Below are positions 1-12,450 of a DNA stretch of 64,000 nucleotides, in pieces; within the stretch, counting starts at the first letter, position 1, and every line of letters begins with the position of its first letter. The translations under genes and the position numbers were made by a program. The DNA comes from Anthoceros angustus (Eukaryota; Plantae; Anthocerotophyta). The stretch covers positions 930,001-994,000 of the forward strand of contig MU008155.1 of NCBI GenBank assembly GCA_010909165.1. The letters run 5' to 3'. A model generated the notes under the pieces. It ran no database searches, was not told where the DNA came from, and saw nothing but the letters and a program-made list of their open reading frames with translations.

Positions 1-544
1 AAGACGATGAGGGACGAAGATGATGCATACAAATGTAACAAAGTCGATAATGTAACGCACATCTTGTGCATAGCGGTTGGAAGGGAAAGTCCGGACCAAT
101 GTTGACAAGATCTTCTCAAGTGGGAGGCTTGTGAATTGCCCGAGCAAAAAAACATGTGGCGGCCGGTATGAGCAAGAAAAGCAAAGGGAAGCGCAAAGGC
201 ATCAAGACATGAAGTGTAAAGAAGGGTGTTTGTGAAACCAAAGGAGATGCATTAAGCCCCGGGCGTTGCTTTCAAGGCATTCCAACAAAGGAAAGCGAAA
301 AGAAATGCTCATCAAAAAAAAGTGTCACCGTCTCATCGATTTGAAGGGAATGTCGATGAGATTATTTTATGAAAAAGTTGCATATCATCTGTGTGGCAAT
401 GGCCAAGCACCTTGGGTGTTCATCTTCGAGATGGTGAGACAGAGTATCCTCAAGACTCCACCGACGGTTGTCGCTAGATTCCAAACGCGCTTGAGGGCAA
501 GGTAAATTCAATTTTTGAAGTGATTTGAACCATGTGTTTGACAG

Positions 545-790
545 GGGCGGCTGACGGGCGCCTCTTGTCGGCGCCCACCGCTGTTCTTTAGCCGGGCGCC
601 GCATGCCGGGCGCCCGCCCCAAGAGGCTTGAGGGGCGCAGATGCCGACGGCCCCAAGAGGCGGCGGGCGCAGATGCCCGCCCTTTGGCCCAGCATGTGGC
701 CGGGAGGGCGCGTGATGCCGGGCCCTCCATCCTCTCTCCATCCATAAGGCCGGAAGGCCAAGGCCGGCATCTTCCGATTCAAGTATGAAG
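545..790. repeat. GC-rich insert with internal short repeats interrupting the 5' part of the methyltransferase ORF
   Basis: Abrupt GC-rich block with CCCCAAGAGGC x2, GGGCGCAGATGCC x2 and many GGGCGC motifs. No counterpart is seen at the equivalent place in copy 2. No TIR or TSD identified. Confidence 0.35.
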
Positions 791-799
791 GCCGCGCCT

Positions 800-1630
800 A
801 ATGCTATTGGTTTCCCTTCATGCTCGCAAAGAATGTAAGGATATTGAGGTGTTAACAAGTGCCTCCTTTTCAACAATTCATTTATGAGGTGAACACATGG
901 AAGGGCTTAGAGGATGAGCAAAGACAACTAGCCGACCAAGACATAGAGGATGGACTCTTCAATTCACTGCTCCACATTCGAGAAAAGGTGCAATATCGTA
1001 CATGGAGATATCCTCGACATGCGATGCGTGAGGAAGAGAAGGTACTTTGTTTGTGATGGATGTACCGTGGTTTCGAAAGGCAAGGACTGGACGCTTTGAT
1101 ATTTGGCAAGTGGAAATGTTTTGCCTTCCATGATTTAACAATGTGATGTGAGGATGATAATCATGCATGGTGTTGAAGATGCCCATTTGGTGAGAGAGGC
1201 TATGCGGAAGTGGTGCCGTAAGGGGATTCATTTCGCTTGTCCGGGGACAAGACAAACGTAAACAATGACAAAGGTGGGTTCGATCGCCGGAGTGATGAGG
1301 GATGGGGTTTGAGGAAGACAAGTGACTTGCAATGGGCGCCATGTTACCGAATGCTATGCAGGCACATTTAACAATGGAAGATCGGTGATTGGCCACGATA
1401 TCGGTGAAGAAATTGTTATATCATTCACTCGACAAACTTGTCGCCCCTAAAGGCCTTTGGGGTTAATGATGAAGCTCATCAAGACATTCTCCAAAGAAGG
1501 CGATCGGATAGTGGATGCTTGTTCGTGAGTGGGACATCTTTGATGCTGTTGTCCGCCGCCATTGTATTTCTATTGAGGCCGACAAGAGGTGTGCGTAGTT
1601 CATTCCGCAACAGTGCATGGATATGAAGTA
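800..1630 (+). pseudogene. Frame-disrupted beta-class DNA amino-methyltransferase (N4-cytosine/N6-adenine, PF01555-like), copy 1
   Basis: Manual translation across frames gives LFVMDVPW (motif IV-like, DVPW at 1059-1070), IIMHGVEDAHLVREAM (1157-1204) and DKTNV (1246-1260). Then RP*RPLGLMMKLIKTFSKEGDRIVDACS / SGTSL / RRHCISIEADKRCA (1442-1605), which matches QKPxxLxxxLIxxxSxxGDxVLDxFxGSGTT...GRxxIGIE. Motif IV precedes motif I by ~150 codons, as in beta class. Several stops and frameshifts. Confidence 0.75.
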
Positions 1631-2400
1631 TTGCATGCGTAAGAGGAGCTCACCCATGAGCCGCACCGCCGAGGAATATCTCGGGGCCAAGGAGGTTTGC
1701 GTGAGTGAAAAGAAATTGGAAAGGCTCGGATTGTGCCTCTTGTCGCCGGAGAATGAAAGAACATACGAGACCTTTTGGATGAGGGTCAACAAACACTAGA
1801 CACGGCGCCTGCATCGAAGTTGATGGGATAGAGGAAGATGATGCAGGCAATGAAGGCAGAACACTCAAGACCGGATGATAGTCGCCTTAGAAACATTACC
1901 GTCGTCACAGCGGTGTCTCGGCATGTGTGTAGCGTAATCCAGTTGATCCCGAACCGGGACACATGTAATGCCCGAAACCTAGCAGCTATCGGCCTTTGAC
2001 CATGAGTTTTTATGTGCAAGGCCACGGTATGCCGCATCCTACTATGGGTTTAGGGTAATGACTTGATGCGGCGTTTTAATAAATGTTTAGGTTTTCTCTT
2101 ACAAATACGATGGTGCGGGCCAAAAAACAAAAAGTATTTTCTATAGGTCCATTAAATAAATAGCCGTATCTTGTAAACTAGGCTTTATTGAGTCTTGCAT
2201 GCATAGTGCGGTCCATCGTTTCGTTGCTTACTTAGAGCCGAATGGTAAGGGACAAGAAAGAGGAACCGGCGATGTTTTGGAACCAGCTCATTATTCGACG
2301 GAAGAACATTATGGTGTTATTCAAAGTCACCCGGGAGAAATTGTTCACGGTAGCGGTCGAGAGAAGAGTCTAAGCTTTCATCTAATCGATGGCCCATGTG

Positions 2401-5400
2401 TGGACTACGGACTTCCCTTGGGGGTTAGAAATAAGTAGGGTTTTGTTTTTGTAGGAGCGGAGGATAAAATAAGGCGGAAAAGGAGGAATAAGCATGGATA
2501 GCACTCGGGCACTCGGAGTATACTCCGGGTGAGTGCAGCGTGCCGGACCTACTATGGCGGGCGGACTACGTCGGGGTAGCAGGATAAGTCCGGACCCACT
2601 CCAGTCGCGGGATAAATGCAGTAACTTAGAAGTTGAGCCGTGAGGCGGACTAGGCGCCACGTGGGCGGCCAGTGGAGGTCGGGCATCGGTGGCAGGCCGT
2701 ACCTTGCGAGGCCGTTATAGCGGTATTCACGCCCGTGCCTTGGCGGCGTAAAACCAGTCTGTGGCGTAAGGCGAGTAAGCGGGCGTAAGGTCGAGAATAA
2801 GCCATGCGGACCTCAGCGATTCTGGACGGAAGGCGCCTTCCCGCCCGGTTACTCCCGGCGGCGAAGGAAGGTCATTGCTGACCTCGAGACAATTCTCGCG
2901 ATCTCTTGCGCTCACGGCTCTGGCGCTATCTCTTTGGCCGCACCTTCGGCGTGGTTCACTGGGGGTTGGAGGCGAGCGAGGCGCATCGTGCCCGGTGAAC
3001 TCTCGGCGGCTCGACAAGGGAGGAGGCGATGGCACCCAAAAAGCTGCGGAAGTTTGGGAGCCATGGAACCTCGTGGGCGCAACATTGTGACGGCGCTATC
3101 CGGACTTTGGGCCACTGGAGGCGGGAGAATTAGTGGAGTGGCACAGGATGTGTTCAGGATGCGGGCGTTCGGACGTCACTCTGGTCGGGAGTTCGCCGGA
3201 AGATGTTGGCGGCGGTCAACAAGGAGGTGCGGTCCAAGAACCTCGGGAGGACCAGGCGATGGACCTTGGAGGTCTGAGGCCTACAACCGCCCAAGGAGGA
3301 AGAAGGGAGTGGTGCGAGCCCCTCAAGGCGAAGGGAAGATAGGGCCGGCAAGCGATCTTTGAGGCACAGGCGGAGGACCCTGTGGTGATATCCGACTGTG
3401 GGCGGTCGAGTAAGGCGGTGGCCGGATCATTGTCCATTGGAACACTCACCAAGGTGGATCACCTTGGTGATAACTGTTAGTATTCTGCATGCGCTCGGAA
3501 GAGGCGGGCGGGAAGGATTATCTTCGCCGGTTTAGTCGAGAGGCCCAAGCTCGGGCGAAGCCCTCGCCATCAGGCATCCCCATACGATCCATGTATGGGG
3601 ACATTTGAACTCTGAGGAGGAGAGCGGCTCGGGAAAGGCGCTGCCAGGAAGTGGAGGCGAAAGGGCGCGGGGTGGGAGGCCGACCCCGAAGGCCAAGCGG
3701 ACCGGGAGGAGGGCGGGAGGGATTCGGACTCCATGTGCAGAGCGGACCCCCTCACCACCCGAAGTATGGGAGAAATTCCGCTTCCCTCTCCTCACAGTGC
3801 CCGAGGCGGCCAGTCCGGCGGGGCGGCCCGGCTCAATAGCCCCGCCACCGGCCACAACCCTGCGGAGCCCGCGGACCGAGGAGGAAGAAGGCGCAAGGCT
3901 CACCAGCCTGCACCTCGGGCCCTTACCCACCTTGCAGTGTGAAGCGGAGGAAGCGGTAGGAGGCGAGAAAGGGCCGAGGAGGCGAGGAGGACCGGCGGCA
4001 CCGGGGCAGTCTGTCGCCGGCGGAAGGGGCAAAGGCTTGCTCCGGACTCCCCCTCACCTCCTCAGCCCAGGAGAAAAGAGGCGGAGAAGGCTCGCGGCCA
4101 AAGGGCCAAGGAGGTGAAGCTCGGGAGCTCGGCCTCGGGACCTAAGGGTCTGATTAGGTCGAGAGAACCAGTCGGACTTACTCGGCTGCAGTATGGAGGT
4201 CCTTGGCGGACCGTGCTCCCTCTCGGACTTTGTGGGAGCCTCACTGGCGGCCGTGGAAGAAACACGGCGGGTCCGCTACCGTCATGGACGGTATGCTTTG
4301 GGGTCTCTGGGATGGCGAGAAGACCCGGAGGTAGAAGCCACCGGGCGCATGGTACTCCTCCGGGAGGCGGTTGGAGGGCCCGGGAGGCGAAGGAAGAAGC
4401 TCTCGGCCGGATTGAGAAGGAAGCCGGGAGGAGGAGGAAGTGGTCCATCAGAGGACTAAATTCCTTCTGGAGGAGGCGGTGAGCTAAGGAGGCCCAGCGG
4501 TGAGGACCTCTGCGGAGGGTAGGAGGCGGAAGAGGCCGGCGCAAGCGGAGAGGCTCGGGACACAGCGGAGGCCTAGACGAGCCAAGCTGAGGCTCGGTGA
4601 AGGTGGCCAGGAGGCGGAAGCCACGGCAGCGCCGCGATCACTATCGGCGTGATCGGGCCGGTGGAGAGGCGGTGGGGAGGCCAATCGAAGCGGCGGCGGC
4701 GAACAAGGGAGGGAGGCCGAGGACACCTTGGAGTTACAACTCAAGGCAGCGTCGGCGGGCGACAAGGGGTTCTCGAGAATCCAAGACTTGACGGGAGATA
4801 GGCGCCTCGGCTGCACGAAGATGGGCGAGGCGGCGGGCGGCGCGGACCGGCCGAGCCGAAGTTCGCGAGGAGATGGAGGATCTCGGACTCGGCTCCGTGA
4901 GGTGGGCGGCGGAGATGGAAGACCGCAAGGAGACCTTGGGCTGACTCAAACTACCATTGAGAGGAATGGTAGTGCGGGACATGGTCGGAGCAGCGAGGAA
5001 ATAAGCGGCTCCGGCTCTTGGCGGGCCAGTCGATGCAGCGATGGAGCAGGGGCGGGGCGTCGCGAGATGGAGAAGCTGGCGAAGCCCGCGATGCAGTTGC
5101 CCGGCCAAATGCGGAGGAGATGGCGGAGTTGCGGAGAATGGACAGCGAAAAGCGAGGCGAGACAAAAGCTGCTGGTCGATTGAGGAAAGGCGGAAGGAGC
5201 AGCTGCGTTATGGCGGCATGGCGGTGAGCGGGCGAGGAGTTGGGCGGGTGGAGCAACGGCGGCAGTTGCGGGAGGTGGCCGGCCCTTGCGCCTCGCGTGG
5301 CGGCCCGGCTCCACTATCAAACTGGCGGGGAGGTGGTCCAACAAGCGGCACGCTCGGCTCAGCACCTATGGCGAAGGAGTATCGGTGCTCGGGCACACGT

Positions 5401-6626
5401 GGAAGAGGCAATTCAACAAGTGGATTCGGACTTTGCCTATTACCACGAGCTCCCCAGGCGGTGAGGCCTCTGGGCCCCGCAAATAGGACCTGGAAGGCTC
5501 GGAGGAAGAAGGGCATGGGGCGGCACGGGGACTCTAGTGGCCTGTTTGGAGCAACAGCGTGAGGGAAGAGCCTCAAGAGGAGGCGAGGCGCGGACCCGGG
5601 GTAAGTTCACCACACTCGGGAAGGAGGTGGCCACGAAGGCGCGAAGGAGGGAGCCAAACCCAAGACAAGGGTCGGGGGGTAGGGATGAGGACCTAGCGAG
5701 GTCCACAGATAAGTCGGGAGGGACGGACCCCGGTAATAAGTCGGACCACAGGTCCGAACCCCGCAGGCGGACCCGGTGGACTCGAAATAAGACTCACAGG
5801 TTCGAGACTCGGGAGTCGAGGCCGGACCTCGAGGTCGGGACTCGGCGATGAGCCCCGACTTCGCTAGGGAGCGAATGGCGGTGGCCCCGGAGGACCAGGG
5901 AGGCCGAGGAGGATGCGTTGTGTGGCGGTCGTCGGCCGCCGGTAACCAACTGAGATTCGGGAGAGGAGGGTCCGCCTCGCGGATCATCCGATTAGTGCGC
6001 CCTATCGAGACGGGAGATTGGACCACCAATCCCAAGGCGGAACCGGGACCTTCCGGCCCACCACGAAGGAGATAGGGAGGAAAGGATAGTGGTAGGATTA
6101 GGGTATCTTGGCATCGGCTCGAATAGGGTGTAATAAAGGCCGACTTGGGCGTAGTATAAGAGAGTGCCACAGATAAATCATCTTTCTCTTGGTGTTGATC
6201 GCGTTCTTGCAGACCTTTGTGTCTTCTTGCTAACGTGAGTCTGAGTCAGCGGCAGCTCGGGAGAGATTGATCGGGGTCGTGGCGGACCTAACGTGTTGTG
6301 GTGTGTGGAGGGTGACTGGGGACCCAGCCGTCCAGAGCGCGTGCCTGCGCTGAATCGGGACGTGAACGCGGAGGGACCGAGGGCGGCAGTCGCGGACGAG
6401 AGGTCGCCATGAACAAATCCGAGAGTCACAGAATCTGCTGGTTTCCCAAGACTCATGAAGTAGCGGAGAGAGGAACGGACGGAGGTGTGAGTGACTTAAC
6501 GAACTATACGGACGCCGAACTGTCTCAAACGCTTGGCTATACCGGCTCAAGTGATTGTCGGTGCAGTTAGACGGAACGGCGAATGTGCGCGCGGAAATCT
6601 GGGCAAGACGAACGCCGAACGCCGCA
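2401..6626 (+). mobile_element. ~4.2 kb LTR-like element (TG...CA), probable solo LTR with an internal degenerate ORF
   Basis: Starts TGGACTACGG at 2401 and ends GCCGCA at 6626. Homologous along its length, in inverted orientation, to 7703-12157 (blocks compared near 2410-2480, 2720-2800, 6130-6240 and 6480-6630). TATA-like TATAAGAG near 6146. No TSD found. Confidence 0.55.
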
Positions 6627-7702
6627 AATCGAGCCCCATTTGGAACCACTCTTCCTACAACGACACGGATTTCAGCGCTACCTACCGGCACCGAAGTTTG
6701 CTACTAACACCATGAAAAGCATCTCATGAATTTGTCATCCCACTAAACTTAAGTGTTTCATTTGCAATGGGCTTAAAAGCCTCTAAAAACACAAGGTGAG
6801 AAACCCTAGGTTTATCGCCTCCATCTCAAAGAAGGTCCTGGTCGCAGCTTTAGATAATTGATGGAGACTTGCCCCAGATCCCTTAGAGGCTCTTCAAGCT
6901 TTAGTAGTGAACGGGAAATCTCAAGAAGGGAACAGTTGAGGAGTTTGGCATTGGATTCTGTGAGGAGGTGTAAGGGACGGTGAGTTGTCTGGAAATACCC
7001 TTGGCTTTGCAGAAGTCTTGGAAGGCATGGCTTACATCCTCACCTCCATTGTCGGTGCGCAGGGTGGCTACCTGGAACTGTGAGGAAAAATTCTTGGAAA
7101 GGGACAAGGCCTCATCTTTGTGGCGAAGAAAATAGATGTGGCAGTATCTGCTCCACTCGTCCAAGAAGGTGATAAAATAGGAGTCGCCACCCAAAAATGT
7201 GGTGCTCATAGGGCCGCATATGTTCGAGTGGACAACTTCCAGCAAACGGCGAGCGCGAGTTGGCAATGGATCTTTTAAGGGTAATTGGTTCAGTTTGGTG
7301 TATTGGCATATTTCACAGAAGAAATCCTTTAATTCTGATGGGGTCTCTGTATAGGTTGGGATTAGCAAGCATGTTTAGGTATCTAGGGCTCATATGACCT
7401 GCTCAGGAGTGCCAGAGGAGTGACTTGATGGCAGGACTGGAAGAGGTACTATCTACCAGGAGTGTAGACGGCGATTGGATGTTGAGTATGTACAAGTCAT
7501 TGAATGGGAGGCCATGGGCTAGTGCTATTTGGTTAGGATCTTTGGAGTGGCTAATGATGTAGTGGTTACCTTGGAAGGTGATGAGGAGGTCATGTTCAAT
7601 TGCTAACCACGTGCTTGTGGGCGACTTTCCTTGGCGGCCTGCGGCGCACAATCTCTGGGTGTAGTAAGGGTTGGATTCCCAAAGGAATGATAAACTCAGA
7701 TT
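6627..7702 (-). mobile_element. Ty1/Copia pol remnant: GAG-pre-integrase, integrase core and SH3-like region
   Basis: LWHS (7403-7714 ORF); VHSNICGPM...YFITFLDEWSRYCHIYFLRHKDEA...LRTDNGGE...TVPYTSSQN (6901-7368 ORF); GDKPRVSHL near 6790-6815. Frameshifted. Confidence 0.9.
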
Positions 7703-10700
7703 TGCCACGTTCAATCGTTTCTCACCTCACGCGGCCGGCGTTTCGGGACACACACATTCATCGTTCGACTAACTACTAACGTTCACGAGCAGTGGCTCGG
7801 CGTGGCCAAACGTTTAAGGACCCGTTCGGCGTCCGTATCATTCAAGTTTGTCACTCGTTCCTCTCTAGTCCGTTCCTCTCACCACTCTCACTACACTCAC
7901 CTTCGTCCTTGGAAGCCGGGTGGGCTGGCGGTCCGGACCTCCTCTATCGCTCATGACCCTCTCGTCCAGGGCTCTACACACCTCCCGGGTTCCTCCAGCT
8001 CACACGTTCCGGTCCGTCCGGCCATGGGCCTGCTCGGGCGAGCAAGGGTCCCCTGATCGCTCTTCACACACCACCACCGTTGGGGTCCCGTCACGGGACC
8101 TTGATCGGTCTCTCCGGGGGTGCACTCGATGACTCGGGACTCACGCTAGCAAAAGGCCTTACAAGGGCACACTGGGAAAGCAGCATCAACACCAAGAGAA
8201 AGATACTTTACTAGGCGACCTCGGCCCTCTTATACTCGCGGGGTGTCTTTATTACACTCATATTACATGGTGGCCATTTCATTGGGCCCTGGCCTACTAT
8301 CTCATATTCCGCCTATCTGTGTCGGTGGTGGAAGTTGTGATTGCTCACTGGTTCCGCCTCGGCTGGCGTGAGCTAGCACGACAGGCGCCCCATCGGATGA
8401 TCCGCGGTGGCCCTACCCCTCCGAGACTCACCAGTCGGTGGGCGGGCGGCGACAGCGGCGATCACCACTAAGTCCTCCTCCCCATCCTCTCTTGTCTCAT
8501 TGGCGGGCCCTTGTCTGGTGGGCCCTCTAAGAGATGGATTGTCGGTGGTGATTGGTGGCTCCCTTCGCTCACAGTCAGGACCTCGGGGTCCCGATCTACT
8601 TGGACCTCTAGGTCGGTCTTCTCTCTGAGGTCGGACCTGCAGGTCCAGTCTTCTTCTGAGTCAGGACCTCGAGGTCAGGACTACCGGTCTCTTAAGGTCT
8701 TCCCTCGGTCAGGACCTCGAGTGCAGTCTCGTCACTAGAGTCTGGACCTCGGGGTCCAGGACTTTCTTGAGGCCGGACCTCGGGGTCAGCCTCTTCGAGT
8801 CAGGACAAAGTCCGGACGTGACTACAGGCTCCCCCTCCTCATTGGACTTCTCAATGGTTCACCAGGCCTCCCGTAGGTCGGGTTTCCCCGGACCCGCCCT
8901 TCTCACGGCCTCCCGGGGCCCTCCTCCCTTCCTTGGTGAGGTCAGGTGCTTACCTCGGTAGCGTGACCTTCCTGCGTCCTGCTCCCCTACTTCCCTGCAC
9001 TCTTTGTCAGTCGTCAAGCAGTGCTCCCTAAGGTCCTAGTGGGTCTTGTCTCAGGCCTTCCTCCCTCGCTCTTCCAGGCCGTCTGAGTCCGTCCACTGAG
9101 GGGTGGCGCAGACCTCAAGGCCTTGAGGGCTCAGCGTGGTAGTAGGCAAAGTCATCACTTGTTTGCCTCCTCCACATGGGCCCAGGCACGTACTCCCTCC
9201 TCGGAGGTGCTCCGGCGGTTAGGCGTGTTGTCCGGCTTGTGGATCGTCTCCGCCCGCCCAGCTCGCCAAGCGGGCCAGGGGAGACTCCCTTGATGCCGCC
9301 AAGGCGACCTCAAACACTTCATGCCTTTGCTGCTGCTCGGCGTCTCCTCCTCCCTTGTTGTTGTAGCTCCACCGGTTCGCGGCCATGGAGCGCTCCCCTT
9401 CCCTTAGTCGGACCAAGCGACCTCGCTCCTCCTCCGAGCCCTCATCCTCCGTCCATCCTTGGTCAGCCACTTCCTTCTCCAGGCGGGCGGTATCTCCCTT
9501 GCTCCCACCCCTCGGCTCCTTCTTGACTGGCGACGTCAACTCCTTGGATCGCCGCCTATTCTCCTCCGTCCTCAAGCCCAGAGGCAGCCTCGATCTCTCG
9601 CTCGAAGTCTTTGATTCTCCGTTGAGAATCGTGTTGCTCACGGCGCGTCTTGGGTTGCGGCTCGGTGTCCCACGCCTTCCGACTCCATCGCCCGCTCCTC
9701 TCCTTCTACTTGTTGTGCGGAGGTCCCCTATTTCCAGGGTGTTGGCCTCCATTTCTCCTTCACGGCTCTTGCCTGCTTGCTCCGGCCGGCCTTGTAGTTA
9801 GCCGTGGCTACCCCGCCGTCTCCCTCCGCCGGTTCCGATCCGTCGGCGGTGATCCCATTCGACCTTAGCGCGCTTCCGCCTCCGCGCCGCCTTCACTGAG
9901 CACCTCGCCGGCTTGGTGTTGGTCTAGCCGAGCCGCCTCGGCCCGTCGCGGGCGTTCTCCGCGCCTCGCCTTCCTCCGCCTCCGGTCAGGCGCCTGCGGT
10001 CTGCTCAGCAGATGCCTATATGTGCTTCCTTCGGCCCGGCATTTGAGAGATGCCGAGGGAAGTCCGCTGGTCCCAGCGGGCTCTTCTGGTCACGAGGGAC
10101 CGCCATGCTGCTGATCCGGGCCGCCAGTCCCGGGGACGGCTAGGCTCTCAAGACCTGTCGGGTCCCACCGAGGTCACAGTCTTTATGTCCGGAGCCCTCG
10201 TCTTCCACGGCCCTTTGGCGCTAACTCCTTCTCTTGCCCAGCCTTCTCCTCCAGGGGCTCGGGAGGGTGAAGAGGGGTCGGGTGGCCCTTGCCTCTCCCG
10301 GTCCCGGGGATGCAGACTCCGGGTGGGGCTGCTTCCGAGCCTCCGCTCCTTGGCGCATCACTCGCCTCCCGTCTTGCCTCCTCCGCTCTTGCCACTCAGG
10401 TTAGGCAAGGGCACCATGGTATTTGTCCCCAGTCTTTGCGTGGTGGCAGGTCTTCTCCTCTTGATTCCCGCCGAGTTCGTGAGCTCCCATTGCCGTGGTG
10501 TTGGTCACGGCCAGGGCCCAGGCAGGCTCCGTCACGTGGCCGCCTCTTCTGTTGCTCCGTGGGGTACGAGGGAGGAGAAGGCGAGATGTCCTCCACACTT
10601 CCCTAGGTGGCGAGGGGTCAGCTCAGGCACGTGTGGGTCAGGAATCCCTCGATGCGTCCTCCTCCACGGACCCTCTTACTCCGGGGTTGGATGAGGCCTC

Positions 10701-12157
10701 CGCCTCCACATCACTCTTCCCCACTCCCTAGGCGGCCCTTTCCGGTCTTCGTTCTCCTCACCTCCTTGAGGTTAAGCGTGCCCACACATGGATGAAGGCG
10801 GCGATAGCAAGCGGAGTGGCTTCTAGCACCTCGGCTGCGACCTCTGTGTGGTTTGATCCGCGAAATTGTTCTCGCGATCGTGGCGTTTTCCCGCTTTCGA
10901 GGCCGTAAGGACCACCAGCAAATTGTCTCGAGTGTCCACCTTGGTAGCATATTCCGGTGGACTATAATCTTCGCCAGCGATGCACCCTCATTTAGGAGGT
11001 CCGCACGACCACCCATTTGAGGATCGCTGCGTTCGGGTCATGAGAGCATACAGCACGCCGCCTTCCCTTCACCTTCGGGGCTCGGTACTCTCCTCCACTT
11101 CCTCTTGGGGCGGTTGTAGCCGCCCTCGGGACCTCCACGGTCCACCTCCAGGAGTCCTCCGCGAGGTTCTTGGATCGGACCTCCTTGATGGCCGCGCACA
11201 TTATTTTCAGGCGTACTCTCGGACTAGGGTGACGCCGAGAAAGGTCGGAGCGGCATACCGAAAATGTCCGAGTGCCGATTCACTCCAGCTCTCCTCTCGC
11301 CTCCTCCGACCCACGGACCCAAAGTGCAGGTGGCGCTTGGTGGCTTTATGTTCGCGTTCCACCAGGTATGGCTCCTGCACCACCTCGCCGCTTTCTTTGG
11401 TCCCATCCTCAGGCTCATACGCCTGCCTTTGTTGAGACTTGAGGCTCCACAATCTCTCAAATCCCATACTCGCCCCGTTCGGCCACAGGCCAGCCGCTTT
11501 ACCCACCGAGTCAGGCCAGCGGCTGAGGGTGCTGGCGCCGAAAGACAACGCCAGAGAGCTTGTCTGAAAGCGCAAGAGAGTGCGAAAATCGTCGGCGAGG
11601 TTGTTTGAAGGATGACCGCTCGATCTAAAAGCTTCTCTTTGTCGAGAATAACACCGTCTCGTGCGGAAGGGGCGGCTCACGCCTGCCCCGCCGTAGAGGC
11701 CCCGCGCAGCATGGCTTACCGGCGCCCTGTTGCCGCGATTTAGCCTAGCCGCCAACACACTTGCCGGGTCAGACCGGAAAGCGTGAATACCTACCTATAA
11801 CCGTGCGGCCTGCAACCCACGGGTTCCGGGTCACAGCTGCTGCATGCCCGTTCACCACTCTGCACCGTCCGTGGCTTCACTGTCTAAATCACGCTCCACA
11901 ACTTACAGTTACTTTACTTGGCGTACTTGTCGTTCGACCCAGTAGTGGGTCCTGACTTATCTGACGATACTCCGGCATGGTGGTAGGAGGTCCTTGAGTG
12001 TGCTCTAGAGTCCTTTCTCCCACCCCGAGTCCCAGAGTGCACCGGCAGTATGGGCCCGAGTACACCCAATTGTTTCTCCTTTCCGCCTTATTTTACACCC
12101 ATACCCAATAAAAGCAAACTCAAATTTTTATTTCCCAACCCTGGAGTCCATTGTTCA
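7703..12157 (-). mobile_element. ~4.45 kb LTR-like element, second diverged copy, inserted in the Copia remnant
   Basis: On the minus strand it starts TGAACAATGG (12157) and ends GTGGCA (7703). Reverse-complement homology to 2401-6626. Copia sequence lies on both sides. Confidence 0.55.
8560..8830. repeat. Irregular array of GGACCTCG(A/G)GGTC-like motifs inside the LTR-like element
   Basis: About 6 copies of GGACCTC at uneven spacing, including palindromic GACCTCGAGGTC. Related motifs occur at 5690-5840 in the other copy. Confidence 0.55.
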
Positions 12158-12450
12158 AGCGCATTAATAAAATGCTCTTTTGTCACATTGCTGGTAGGTG
12201 CAGGACGCCATTTAATTGCGTGAGTAGCTCCGTTGACAGACGGAGTTGAATCTCCCATCCCCTCTACGGTAGTGCACTACCGCTCATGAGGACATGGTGA
12301 TCTATGCTTTCCACGATGCAAGTATTTGCAGCCACCGAAAACACCTCCGATTGTACAATTATAGCCAAGAGTGGCACCAAGCTCGGGGACAATTCCCCTC
12401 CCTCCAAAGGTTCGCCATCGACCAACGAAGGCGCTTCCGGAACACATGCC
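12158..12450 (-). mobile_element. Copia protease / beta-barrel region remnant (duplicated at ~13935-14190)
   Basis: The duplicate reads LGATL...FS...HVLRGDDSALPVEGSGEIQLRLSTGKLLTIK, matching the Copia DSGAT..H...VxxGDGxxxxVxGxGxVxL pattern. Confidence 0.6.

Noticed and set aside
844-870. VLTS-PPF read as an SPPY-type catalytic motif IV
   Set aside because: It needs a frameshift, and the block aligns with the linker PSFKEH...WK of copy 2. DVPW at 1059 has the correct spacing to motif I.
8560-8830. CRISPR-like repeat-spacer array
   Set aside because: The repeats are short, degenerate and unevenly spaced, lie inside an LTR-like element in eukaryotic DNA, and have no cas genes. The same applies to 23961-25030.
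2727-11016. Many long GC-rich ORFs in the ORF track as host genes
   Set aside because: They overlap in several frames, are low complexity, are not conserved in frame between the two element copies, and are expected by chance at high GC.
2396-12162. Target-site duplications for the LTR-like elements
   Set aside because: Flanking 5-mers do not match (ATGTG/AATCG and AGATT/AGCGC), so intact insertion sites are not claimed.
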